Shown here: positions 1 through 11,589 of the stretch, piece by piece
How positions within the stretch are numbered: the stretch's first letter is position 1
How the letters are laid out: every line of letters starts with the position of its first letter
Assembly (NCBI RefSeq): GCF_001194135.2
Contig: NC_068987.1
Span: 89,417,245-89,481,244, forward strand
DNA: 64,000 bases
DNA from: Octopus bimaculoides
Lineage: Eukaryota
Reading direction: 5' to 3'
The notes under the pieces: model-generated
The model's input: the letters and a program-made list of their open reading frames with translations, nothing else
Told to the model about the DNA's origin: nothing
The model's database searches: none
Made by a program: the position numbers and the translations under genes

Positions 1-156
1 GTGGTTGGCGTTAGGAAGGGCATCCAGCTGTAGAAACTCTGCCAAATCAGACTGGAGCCTGGTGTTGCCATCCGGTTTCACCAGTCCTCAGTCAAATCGT
101 CCAACCCATGCTAGCATGGAAAGCGGACGTTAAACGATGATGATGATGATGATGAT
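1..156 (+). mobile_element. Family A SINE-like repeat, 3' part with (GAT)n tail
   Basis: GTGGTTGGCGTTAGGAAGGGCATCCAGCTGTAGAAAC...CCCATGCTAGCATGGAAAGCGGACGTTAAAC(GAT)n recurs at 17494-17668, 43435-43620 and inverted at 61288-61465. Confidence 0.85.
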
Positions 157-278
157 CTGTCCACTAATTAAACAGACAATTATCAATTAGCAATACTCTC
201 AGACTTTTCCTCTAACTAGAGTTAGATCTTGTAAGGTAAGAGTTTTCTTGTTATTATTATTATTATTATTATTATTAA

Positions 279-491
279 GGTGGTGAGCTGGCAGAATCAT
301 TAGCATGCCGGGCAAAAATGCTTAGCAGCATTTCGCCCATCATTATGTTCTGAGTTCAAATTCTGCTGAGGTCAACTTTACCTTTCATTCTTTCAGGGTC
401 AATAAAATAAGTACCAGTTGAAAACTGGGGTTAATGTAATTCACTCGTCCCCTTTCCTAAAATTGCTGCCCTTGTGGCAAAATTTGAAACC
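279..491 (+). mobile_element. Family B SINE (tRNA-like B box, Nin/Deu-like central domain)
   Basis: GAGCTGGCAGAA head, GAGTTCAAATTC B-box-like motif, CCTTTCATTCTTTCAGGGTCAATAAAATAAGTACCAG core; many copies in the window. Confidence 0.85.
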
Positions 492-905
492 TTTATTATT
501 ATCATTATTATTATTATTAAATAGCAAATGTTATTTACAAGGAAAATTAATTGATAATATCTCAGTTGATTTATAAGTTGTTGCTCTCTATGGCAAAGGA
601 GAATAATTGTACATTATAAAAACTATATATATATATTTTATACCAAAGACCTGAAGGCATTGATTTATTTCTGGAAATTTCTTCATTAAAAAAACAAAAA
701 ACAAAAACAAAAACAAAAGACCTGTTCAATTACTTATCAGTTTTCTTGTCATTCATTCAGAGTCCAAACAGTTTTATTTTTTTCTCTGTCAAACAAATAA
801 AGGTTTATTTTATTTTCTTACATTCCTACATGCCGTGTGAACCAATTTGTAAATGAAAAGCATTCAGTCTGTATATCTGTCTGACTGCCTGTCTGTATAT
901 CTATC

Positions 906-1135
906 ATGATCATCATCAGCAGCAGCAGTGTCATTTAACGTCTGTTTCTATGCTGACATGGTTTGGATATTTCGACAGGATCTGATGAGCTTGGGGGCTG
1001 CGATGGTCTCTGATATCTGCTTTGACAAAGTTTATACAGCTGGAAAACCTTCCTAATGTCAACCATTTCTTCAGAGTGTACTGGGTGCTTTTTATGTGGC
1101 ACCAACACTGGCAAGGTGACCAAGTAATTGACAAG
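906..1135 (-). mobile_element. Family A repeat, diverged copy
   Basis: Reverse-complement tail (CAT)n-TTTAACGTCTGTTTCTATGCTGACATGG and family A body motifs. Confidence 0.55.
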
Positions 1136-1334
1136 ACAAGACCCCTTGACTGGGTTAGATACAGTATTGAGGGAGGAGGCTTTGTGGCAGGTATTGAGAG
1201 ACAAAAGTATGAGTAAGGGATCAGGAACAAGATTTAAGGAAAACATCCAGCCATAGAAACAGACTTTGGAGCAAGATGAGGTCCTCGGATTTGTCGGATT
1301 TGTCACAACATACAGTCCATACCGGCTTGGAGAT

Positions 1335-1620
1335 TAGATGTTAAATATGTGGTGACTGCAAGATTGTGGGTTCAATTCCCAGACCGGGCCATAGCATTGT
1401 GTTCTTGAGCAAAGCACTTCATTTCATGTTGCTCTGCGATCATTTTGACATCTGACATGTGGCACCCAGTTGCACCTGTACAGGTAATGTCGATTTGATG
1501 GAGGGAGTGAGCTTATGTCTACACAAACATTTGATCACTATAAACATATTATCTGTGTGGTTGTTTGATAAGAAATTGTCGAGCCCTCGTACGTTGTCTA
1601 ACGACAAGAGAGTTCACCAT
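1335..1620 (+). mobile_element. Family F tRNA-derived SINE
   Basis: GGTTCAATTCC B box, TGTGTTCTTGAGCAAAGCACTT core; near-collinear copy at 61780-62062. Confidence 0.75.
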
Positions 1621-1626
1621 ATATAT

Positions 1627-1697
<71 letters not shown>

Positions 1698-1756
1698 TAC
1701 ACACACATATATATATATATAGTTGAATAAGAAATAGAAAATCCTTCATACAGTAT

Positions 1757-1920
1757 TATATATTTGAAAAAAATGAATAGAAATGGCTTTTCTGATAATT
1801 TAATAATTAGTTGTTTGTAAGTTTACAAAAGGTGACTGATCAGAGTTTCTCACTTAAAAACAGTCTTCAAACTGATATTTTAGAATTCACTGTTTAAATA
1901 GGCAATGTTTAATTAAAAAC
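1757..1920 (+). repeat. Family G interspersed repeat
   Basis: Homologous to 1955-1983 joined to 2838-2960, and to the reverse complement of 4855-5012. Confidence 0.7.
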
Positions 1921-1983
1921 ATACACTCACACATACAAACACTAACACACACCTTTTTCTGATAATTTGTCCCACTTTAATAA

Positions 1984-2837
1984 CACTGGTCAACAAAATT
2001 AAATGTATTATACTCATTATGAATGCAAGCCAACTTTTTAAAACTAATTTTTCACTCCATTAGTATGCAGCACGTATCGGGCTTTCAGTAGATGTATGCA
2101 AATAATTACATATTTGTATATATGAAATCATTAGCATAATAAATAAGGACATGTTAGTTTTAGAATGTAAATGAGTTTATTGAGTTAAAAATCCTTACTA
2201 TTATTCTACAAAGAGTGAATACACAAAAAATGAGTCAGACAAAACAAAGTTCGAACAACAGAGTTAGAAACATTGTGATTTGGGTTTCCTGTGGCGTTCC
2301 TGATCTGGTTGATCAAGGTAAAATGTCCAGCAGTAGTCAGCCAGCATACTGTCATTCCAAAAGCCTTGGTACCATTTCTCCATAGCACTAATGTCCTGGT
2401 GAAATCTTTCACCATGTTCATCAGACACTGCTCCAAGGTTATCTGCTAAGAAATCCAGATGGGAGTCCAAGAAGTGAACTTTCAGTGACATGCGACAACC
2501 CATTGCTGAGTCACATTTCAGAAGATACTTGATGCCATCTTTGTAGTGCATTGCCTTCTTGTTGCCCAAGAAATTCTCACAAAATATTGCATCTGAACTA
2601 TGCAGCAATGAATAATGTTTATTTTAAAGGTATGTTTCCATGACGTAAATGAAATACATGCATACACGTCAATTAGTTGGAATTTGTATATAATGCATGA
2701 GCTAAAACCAAAAAACTTTCTCATCTTGAAAACTAGACATGATGTCAAAAAACTAATTGTATATTTGAAATCAGAATTAAAAACTACACTAAGCACACCT
2801 TGACAGATGATTGATGAAAAATACCTGTTGATTAGTG
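1984..2837 (-). mobile_element. Internally deleted Chapaev3-like (CMC) DNA transposon with transposase C-terminal remnant
   Basis: ORF 2264-2608 (-) MSLKVHFLDSHLDFLADNLGAVSDEHGERFHQDISAMEKWYQG; CACT..TCAACA terminal inverted repeats; TAA at 1981-1983 and 2838-2840. Confidence 0.75.
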
Positions 2838-3063
2838 TAATCAGTTGTTTATAAGTTTACAAAAGGTGGTTCTGATGAGAGTTTCTCACGTAAAAATAGT
2901 CGTCAAACTGACATTTTAGAGTGTTATTCAGTTTAAATAAGAAGTGTTTAATGACAAACATGCACACACACACACACACACGTACATACATGCAAACACT
3001 AACACACACTCACAGACATATGTCCATACATAAACATAGAGAGACATACACATACATAAACAT

Positions 3064-3100
<37 letters not shown>

Positions 3101-3181
3101 TAGGACCTTATACATACATGCAGAGAAGCACAAATACACATATCCATATATCCATGTATTTATTCACATATATTCATATAT

Positions 3182-3227
<46 letters not shown>

Positions 3228-3334
3228 CAAAACAAAAAAAAAAGAGAATTAAGTGGATCAAGAATAAAGAAAGGGATCTACTTAAATCTCCTTCCCCCCC
3301 TTTTTGGTGTATGTATGTATGTATGTATGTATAT

Positions 3335-3511
3335 ATAGCCAAGGGATTAAAATTAATCAAAGGACATACTAAGTATGTCGACCTGCTTGAAATAACAGTC
3401 AAAACTCTTATTAAATCATCAAAGATATGATTTGATAAGAGTTTTCATTGTTATTTCCAGCAGGTAGACATACTTAGTATGTCCTTTGATTAATTTTAAT
3501 CCCTCGGCTAT
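3335..3511. repeat. Near-perfect foldback palindrome (MITE-like)
   Basis: Arms of about 85 bp (ATAGCCAAGGGATTAAAATTAATCAAAGG... and ...CCTTTGATTAATTTTAATCCCTCGGCTAT) with a 7-nt loop. Confidence 0.85.
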
Positions 3512-3675
3512 TTAATGCTATCTTTTGGCCTGCAGTCTCCTGTGTCATTGATTCTGTTATTATCATTCTTAAAATAGTTACATTGGATGATAATAGAATT
3601 AATGACACCTTCGCAAATTTACTTTTTATCTGTATATATATGTATGTATATATGTATATGTATATATATATATAT

Positions 3676-4600
3676 ACTTTATTTAAAAGCAGCAGAAATA
3701 TAACAAAAAAAACGTTACTCTGAGTTTCACGTTCCCGTTCATCGGACAGTTTTGTTAGAAATGGAGGAAGGATAACGATGCAATCGAAAGTAATATAAAA
3801 TTTAAAATTTAAAACACATGGATTCGTCTGATTGGTTGTTTCAAATAAGGGCCATGGATTGGTCGTTTCAATTAACGGTCAATGATGTGTAATTCACAGA
3901 CCAAATAAATTTAATACAGATTCACCCTATTAAAAAATATCGAAGAAAACTTTAAATAGAANNNNNNNNNNNNNNNNNNNNNNNNNNNNNNNNNNNNNNN
4001 NNNNNNNNNNNNNNNNNNNNNNNNNNNNNNNNNNNNNNNNNNNNNNNNNNNNNNNNNNNNNNNNNNNNNNNNNNNNNNNNNNNNNNNNNNNNNNNNNNNN
4101 NNNNNNNNNNNNNNNNNNNNNNNNNNNNNNNNNNNNNNNNNNNNNNNNNNNNNNNNNNNNNNNNNNNNNNNNNNNNNNNNNNNNNNNNNNNNNNNNNNNN
4201 NNNNNNNNNNNNNNNNNNNNNNNNNNNNNNNNNNNNNNNNNNNNNNNNNNNNNNNNNNNNNNNNNNNNNNNNNNNNNNNNNNNNNNNNNNNNNNNNNNNN
4301 NNNNNNNNNNNNNNNNNNNNNATATTAGACAGAATGAGATAACAAATCCAAGGCTCTGAGGAGATTTCTGGACATTTATAATGAAACAGTCTAGAGGCTG
4401 CTATGATAGATTCAAAGTTAGGTGGGGTGGAATAGGATAGCTTCAGGGTGGATGTATTAAAGATAGAGTAATATTTGTGTTGACGAGGGAAGTTGGAGTC
4501 CAGTATATTAAAAAAGGATTTAGCTAAGTTCTTAACATTAAGTGAGAAGGGGGTGTATACCATAGAATAGAGCATCCACCACTTTTTTTGGGGTGTCTAG
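3676..4600 (-). mobile_element. Penelope-like element 3' remnant spanning an N gap
   Basis: ILWYTP/FSLNVKNLAKSFFNILDSNFPRQHKYYSIFNTSTLKLSYSTPPNFESII resembles the PLE post-RT motif WFNPPFSKNV...HKIFNRNTVKVSYSC; hammerhead motif downstream on the same strand. Confidence 0.7.
3702..3756 (-). ncRNA. Minimal type I hammerhead ribozyme motif (U4C variant)
   Basis: aacaaaactgt-CCGATGA-acg ggaa cgt-GAAA-ctcagagTA-acgttttttttgtt: stem II, near-palindromic stem III, GUA triplet, stem I. Confidence 0.6.
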
Positions 4601-4854
4601 GGGTAGTGCTATCTATATTTTTGGAGAATGGAAGGGGGTAGCATGGCCCATTATTGTTAGCTGTTGCAGTATGTATGTATGAATACATGGATATGTGTTT
4701 GTGTTTCTCTGTGTGTATGTATGTGTAAAGTCCTATGTTTTATGTATGTGTACATGTTTATGTGTGTGTGTGTACATCTCTATATGTTTATGTATGGGTA
4801 TATGTGTATGTGGGTGTGTGTTAGTGTTTGTATGTATGTGCATCTATGTTTGTA

Positions 4855-5012
4855 ATTAAACTCCCTATTTAAACACTGAATAAAACTCTAAAATATCAGT
4901 TTGAAAACCGCTTTTAAGCAAGAAACTCCTATCAGAGTCACATTTTGTAAACTTATAAACATCTAATTATTAAAGTGGAAAAATTATCAGAAAAGCCATT
5001 TCTATTCCTCTT
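4855..5012 (-). repeat. Family G repeat, uninterrupted copy
   Basis: Reverse complement matches 1757-1920 and spans the empty site of the 1984-2837 insertion. Confidence 0.7.
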
Positions 5013-5024
5013 TTCAAATACATA

Positions 5025-5064
<40 letters not shown>

Positions 5065-5067
<3 letters not shown>

Positions 5068-5277
5068 TCTTTTACTTGTTTCAGTCATTTGACGACAGCC
5101 ATGGTGTAGCATTGCCTTTAGTCGAACAAATTGACTCCCAGGACTTATTCTTTGTAAGCCTAGTACTTATTCTACCGGTCTCTTGTGCCGAACTGCTAAG
5201 ATACAGGGACATAAACACACCAACATCGGTTGTCAAGTGATGGTGGGAGCACAAACACAGACACACAAATACATACC

Positions 5278-5324
<47 letters not shown>

Positions 5325-5475
5325 GGCTTCTTTCAGTTTCTACCAAATTCACCCAGAAGGCTTTGGTCGGCCCAAGGCTATAGTAGGAGACACTTGCCAA
5401 AGGTGCCGCACAGTGGGACTGAACCCAGAACTGTGTGGTTGAGAAGCAAGCTTCTTACCACACAGCCACTCCTAT
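5065..5475 (-). mobile_element. Family C SINE, full bipartite copy (tRNA head, (AT)n hinge, C tail)
   Basis: Reverse complement of TGGCTGTGTGGT A box, GGTTCAGTCCC B box, CCTTTGGCAAG core and ATGACTGAAACAAGTAAAAGA tail. Confidence 0.85.
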
Positions 5476-5489
5476 ACATATATGTATGT

Positions 5490-6075
5490 ATGTAAATAAT
5501 AATGAGCTAAGAGAAATAGCTCAGAGTAGCCAGTGGTGTCTATATGAACAACATAAACACATATCGTTATATCAAATAATTAACTTATTAAGATTCTCTC
5601 TGCCTGTAGAAGAAGAGTCACAATTATCAAATGACAATTAAGACCAGCGGCTTATGAGAAGGGGAGATAACCTCAAGAATCAAGAATTCTCTAAACTTGA
5701 CATGACAATAAGCAAAAAGATAAAACTTATTGTCTGGAGGTATGCCGACAGTCATGGACATGTATTTCTGGTTCAATACCTACCATCAGCATGGCAATTG
5801 TCCCATGTTATCTCTGGTAAATTTACACAAAAATAGAGTAAAACAAATTTACGGTCTTGGCAATTTCCATAATTTAAGCAAAAACAAGCTATGAAAAATA
5901 ACTCAGAGTGTCCGGTGCCACCCATATTTGACAAATACAGGTTTATCAAATAACATACAACATATATTATTGATTTATTAAAATTATATCCACCTCTAGA
6001 AAATGTTACATAATTACCAAATGACAATTAAGACCAGGTCCACTTGAGAAGGGGGGATAATCTCAAGACCCAAGA
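5490..6075 (+). repeat. Diverged tandem duplication (two units of about 200 bp)
   Basis: AAATGACAATTAAGACCAG...GAGAAGGGG.GATAA.CTCAAGA occurs near 5630 and 6020 with similar upstream sequence. Confidence 0.6.
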
Positions 6076-6244
6076 TTTATGTGTGTGTGTGTTTTCCATT
6101 CTCAGTTTATTTTTTCTTATTCCTTTCTGTCGAAAAGTATAGGATGGAGACGTAAAAGACTTTTTCATTTTTCCTGAGCATCAAACTAATACACCTGCTT
6201 GTTGTTCCTACACCTGTCTTTGTCTTTCATTTTTCTATAAATTT

Positions 6245-6329
<85 letters not shown>

Positions 6330-6539
6330 TGATAGATAGATATAAATTTGCATATGCATACATAAACTCCTGCACACAAACGCAAGAACAACTTTGGTTA
6401 AGAAGTTCACTTCTCAGCAGCACAGTCTCAGGTTCCAGCCTCCTGCACAGCATCGTCAACAAAGCTTCAGGTTGACCAATATTTTATGAATTTATTGCAT
6501 ATTTGACAAAAGTGAGTATAGAAATATATGAATTTAGCT

Positions 6540-7260
6540 GAAAACCAGGAGAATCTGGAGGGAGAAAGTTCAGAGTGATTTGGTGTAGATGGCTACAAAT
6601 CTAAGAAAATTATTCAGTAATGTTGTTGATGAGATGGAAGAGAATTCAAATGGTCCTTCATATTGGTTCAGCCTAGATAGAAAGGTAAAGTCCATGGGAT
6701 TACTAGTGAAACCCTTACAAGTAATGGGTTAGAAAATGAAAGTAGTTCTTTACAGCTGTTTCTGGAGTAAGGTGTTCATTAGAAGCAGTTACGTGGATTG
6801 TGTCAACATATACATAAAGTAGACTGGTGCAATTTACAGTAGATGAATCAGCACAGGTGTAAATTATGCAAATAATCCAACTCGTTGTTGGAAGAGAAAT
6901 AAACTTATGCAGTGAGATTGTAATATATATAAACAGATATAAATAGATAGGTAATCTAATCAGATAAAGGCAAGGATATTAATGTAATAGACATTATATT
7001 GTTGGATAAGAATAAAAGACAAAGAAATTGAAAGTACTGGAAATGATGGATGAAGATAATAGAAAAATTTTGAAAAGAAAGAGAGAGAACCTGAATTATT
7101 GTATGCACGAATGCAAGAACATGTTCAAATGGATCTGAACACAACAGAATAGAACACCATGGAAGACTGTCAGAACAAAAACCAAACATTGGCTGCTGCA
7201 AGTGGGTCAGCAGGTTATGAATGGGGAGTTAAGGATAACTATATTGCATGTTTTAATCAA
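6540..7260 (-). mobile_element. Degraded Penelope-like remnant with hammerhead relic
   Basis: Minus strand CTAATGA...GAAACAGCTGTA at 6745-6786; protein similarity too decayed to confirm. Confidence 0.35.
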
Positions 7261-8274
7261 CCTAAGTTTGCAGGGTGGAAATTAATTTCAACAAAATAAA
7301 ATGCTATATTCAGCTGTTGTTATATCTTTGAGTGTTTGTGTGTGAAATGTGCAGATGAAATGCAGAGAAAAGAGAGCATATAATAAAAAAAGCAGAGAAA
7401 AGAATTTTGTTTTTGTATTTGTGCATGCATGAAAAGCAACATGTCACCATTTAAAAAATAAAGGTGCGTGCATGTGGGAACAATGGAAACACAGAATAAA
7501 AAGACATGCAAAATGAAAAAAAATATTTAACCAAAATGGAGATGACAAACCATTCATATACAGAAATAATCAGTTGCTAGGAATTTGAGGGAGATGCAAA
7601 AAATATATAAAATTCATTCAGTTTGTGTCATCTCATGTTGTTTTTTAAATGATTGTTAACTGCAATTCTGTGTGGAGCGTGGTGTGAAGGTGCCTGCAGA
7701 AAAATGTAATGATGCAGGTGGGTTGGCTTGATGAGGTGATAAAGTGGCCTCTCGCTCAATGGGAGTCTTCTTCAGGTGATTGATGCTGATAGTTTCTTTA
7801 TTTCTGCTAGCATCCAGGGTGAAGTACTTGGGTGTTCTGGTTGGAACTGTGAAAGGATTTCATAGAGGAACAAAATGAACAAGGATCATATTTTGATTAA
7901 ATAAATAAACATTCTAAAACTTAAAAAACAATTTTAATGTTTCCTTTTGCAAATGTGACATTTCATGTGAAACAACCTAATATATACACACATGCACACA
8001 TATACATACACACATTGTCTGCATGTGTGCATATACATATACATATATACACACACTCTTTATATGTACGCATGCACACAAGCATTTTTGTCTTAGCTAT
8101 TGTTAAAGAATATATATATATTCTTTTATTCTTTTACCTGTTTCAGTCATTTGACTGGCCATGCTGGAGCACATATATATATATTTTTCTTATAATGATA
8201 TAATGAACTCATTCATCAATTAAAAAAATTCGTTGGAAACAGCTGTAATGAATTGACGCCTATCCATCATTTGT

Positions 8275-8336
<62 letters not shown>

Positions 8337-8397
8337 CATACATACACATACATACACATATATATATATATATATACATACATACACATATATATAT

Positions 8398-8454
<57 letters not shown>

Positions 8455-9015
8455 NNNNNNNNNNNNNNNNNNNNNNNNNNNNNNNNNNNNNNNNNNNNNN
8501 NNNNNNNNNNNNNNNNNNNNNNNNNNNNNNNNNNNNNNNNNNNNNNNNNNNNNNNNNNNNNNNNNNNNNNNNNNNNNNNNNNNNNNNNNNNNNNNNNNNN
8601 NNNNNNNNNNNNNNNNNNNNNNNNNNNNNNNNNNNNNNNNNNNNNNNNNNNNNNNNNNNNNNNNNNNNNNNNNNNNNNNNNNNNNNNNNNNNNNNNNNNN
8701 NNNNNNNNNNNNNNNNNNNNNNNNNNNNNNNNNNNNNNNNNNNNNNNNNNNNNNNNNNNNNNNNNNNNNNNNNNNNNNNNNNNNNNNNNNNNNNNNNNNN
8801 NNNNNNNNNNNNNNNNNNNNNNNNNTCTACACCAGAGAATGAATATCTTTTTTTTCTTTACAGAAAATAAAGTAAACCTTGAATGCAGAATAACTGTGAA
8901 AAAAGCTCAGAAGTTTGGGTAAATACCCTTAAAAGATGACTGAAAGTGGTCAGCAAGTCACACAGAGAATCAAATCCTGAACGTCTCAAATTCCAGCGTT
9001 ATAAAAGACAGTATC

Positions 9016-9419
9016 TGTTGTCGGGAGTATAAGAATTGGATGAGATATGACGGCTCAGCCATCTCTCCCCAGTTCTTATATTAATCATTAAAATCCAGAA
9101 ATACAACAACACGAGGGATAACGGTAAACAACAGATCAATAATTTATTCTAGGTTGGTGTAGAGCCATTTCATTCCTTGGTGAACAGGCATGCCGCTAGA
9201 ATACCAAGGAAGCTTTGACCACATGTCAGTATCGAGTTGAGAGAGCACTAGAAGATACGTGTTGTCACGACCGCTGCTAGATAGAGAAAAGGACGAATGC
9301 TATTGCTCTCTCTCTACCTGTTGCATTGCGCATGCGTGCCCGGGTACTTCCGCTGACGGCAAGTCCCTTGCACATGCGCAATGGCACTTCCCAAGATGGC
9401 GGCCACACCCGCCACTACA
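9016..9419 (-). mobile_element. Probable solo LTR
   Basis: Minus strand TGTAGTGGCGGG...CCCGACAACA termini, internal AATAAA, CpG-rich; imperfect TSD (GTATC/GAATC). Confidence 0.55.
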
Positions 9420-9516
9420 GGAATCTCTCAGCTTAATGGTAGAGAGCTCTCAGTCAGAATTTGAGAATTTCAGAATCAGATTCTCTGTATTGACTTGCTG
9501 GTCACACTTTTTCTGT

Positions 9517-10290
9517 CTTAGAAGATGACTAAAAGTGGTCAGAAAGTCACACAGAGAATCAAATCCTGTACCTCTCAAATTCCAGAAAGTACCAACTAGA
9601 GATTTCATTACCTTCGTGCACTCAGGACAATGGATCCATTTCAAGAAGAAGAACAACAAACTTCCTGTGAGTGATGAAAAGTGGAACGGTTATTGGGAGG
9701 TGACTGCAGATTTACCAGGGTGCCAGGGACTCTTTCTCATTCCAGTTACAATAAAAAAAAATGGACATTTTAATGTGGTGTGAAAGAAAGTTGTGAATCT
9801 AGCTGAGTTAACTAGATAACATGGACGCCGCTTGGACTCAAAAGATTGACCGTTATGTAAACCTCCTCAAGGAATGTGAAGACGCAGGCTGGAAAGCAGA
9901 GCATTTTCCAATCAAAGTCGGATGTAGAGGGTTTGTTGGACACAGTGTAAGACGACTGCTGTTATCGTTAGGCCTAATTCATCGTAAAGTAAATACTACG
10001 ATGACCAATATCCAAACTATAGGGAAAAAAGCCAGCCACTGGATTTGGTTAAAAAGAGATGATGAGTGATGGCTAGAAGAATATTGAGCTTTATTTGATA
10101 ACCAGTTGATCTAGCAAGCGGGGTCTCATATTAGTGAGGTGGGGCCAGTGTGCATTGATGCCATTTAGAGGTAGGCCCTGAAACAGCGCGCATTCTCTCC
10201 TGATGACACCATACACTTACTGGCTTCTGGTATGCAGAGTTCTCAACTGGTAGCACTTGCATGTGCCAGTTGTTTGCAAAACATACTAAT
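9517..10290 (+). mobile_element. HERO/R2-group non-LTR retrotransposon 3' remnant (restriction-like endonuclease domain)
   Basis: KIDRYVNLLKECEDAGWKAEHFPIKVGCRGF...KASHWIWLKR and upstream WEVTADL and DILMW motifs match the RLE C-terminus; frameshifted. Confidence 0.7.
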
Positions 10291-10384
10291 CTTTGATCAT
10301 CAACAAGCATAGGGAGAATCTAGTCTTTGTTTGTGATGTGTGATTGAGATACCACCAGTTGCCTTTGCAATGTGGTTCAACGAT

Positions 10385-10682
10385 GTCATTTGGACCTTAT
10401 AATTACCATTATTGCCATTATCATTTTCCAACATCTTCCTCTCTTCTTCTTCCTCCTCATCACTGTCATCATTATCATCATCATCATTATGACCATTATC
10501 ATCATCATCATTATGACCATTATCATCATTTTCACCACTGTTATCATAAACATTATCATTACAATCATTATCTTTTTCTAACAATCAATATCAATTATCA
10601 TCATTATCATCAGACTCATTATCATATTTTCCCTTCATTACCCTATTAATTATTACCATTTCTTTTTCCTATCATTATCGTC
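10385..10682. repeat. Degenerate (ATC)n microsatellite
   Basis: Source of the poly-His, poly-Asp and poly-Ile ORF artefacts. Confidence 0.9.
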
Positions 10683-10825
10683 AGAATATTAATGCAAATG
10701 TTTATACTGCAGTAGAAAGTAACCCAGAATCTTTGGCGACCAAGATCCTGTAACGCATTCACAAATTTCATCTCTCATTTATGAAAATTAGACAACTTGT
10801 TTTAAGTCTCCTCTCTCCCACACCC

Positions 10826-10859
<34 letters not shown>

Positions 10860-10890
10860 ATATATATATATGTGTATGTATGTATGTATG

Positions 10891-10992
<102 letters not shown>

Positions 10993-10997
10993 TAGAA

Positions 10998-11029
<32 letters not shown>

Positions 11030-11589
11030 CTGTCTAATTAAATATTTCTCCTCAAACTCAGATTCTCTCATGACAATTTGACTAGTTAATTTTTTTCTTT
11101 AATTTTCCACTTATAGAAGAGACAAGTAAATGGTATTTTTATATTGAATAATGGAAAAAATATTGATGGCCAAAGCAAAAATAGCTGTGTGTTTAAGTTG
11201 TTCATTTTGCAACTACATAGTTCAAGAGTCACAATGAGTCATATCACTAGATTAATGGTTTGTATCTTGCACATGACTTGTGCTGCATTCAATAAAGAAG
11301 GGAAGTTTCCCCTCAGCTCCTCAGCTCTGAACAGAACCCCTATCAGATTATTTGCTCTCTGCCTCAATTCCTTGGACTTGTACGGTCAGTTACTCAGTTT
11401 CCATGGCATATAACTAACCAAGATCACCACATTCCACCTAATCAGGATACCAGTCTATTTCAATTTTGAGGGGAAGGGACAAGTCAATTACTTGATTCCA
11501 AAACTTGGCTGATACTTTATTTTATCGACCCCAAAGGGAAAAAAGGTGAAGTTAACCATGGTGAAAATGGCATATAATGATGATATTTG

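Noticed and set aside
2868-2905. CTGATGA-GAGTTTCTC as a hammerhead
   Set aside because: No GAAA after stem II, and other family G copies lack the core
10165-10215. GAAA...CTGATGA in the HERO 3' UTR as a permuted hammerhead
   Set aside because: Stem II cannot form
10300-10649. His/Asp-rich or Ile-rich proteins
   Set aside because: Translations of a degenerate (ATC)n microsatellite in several frames
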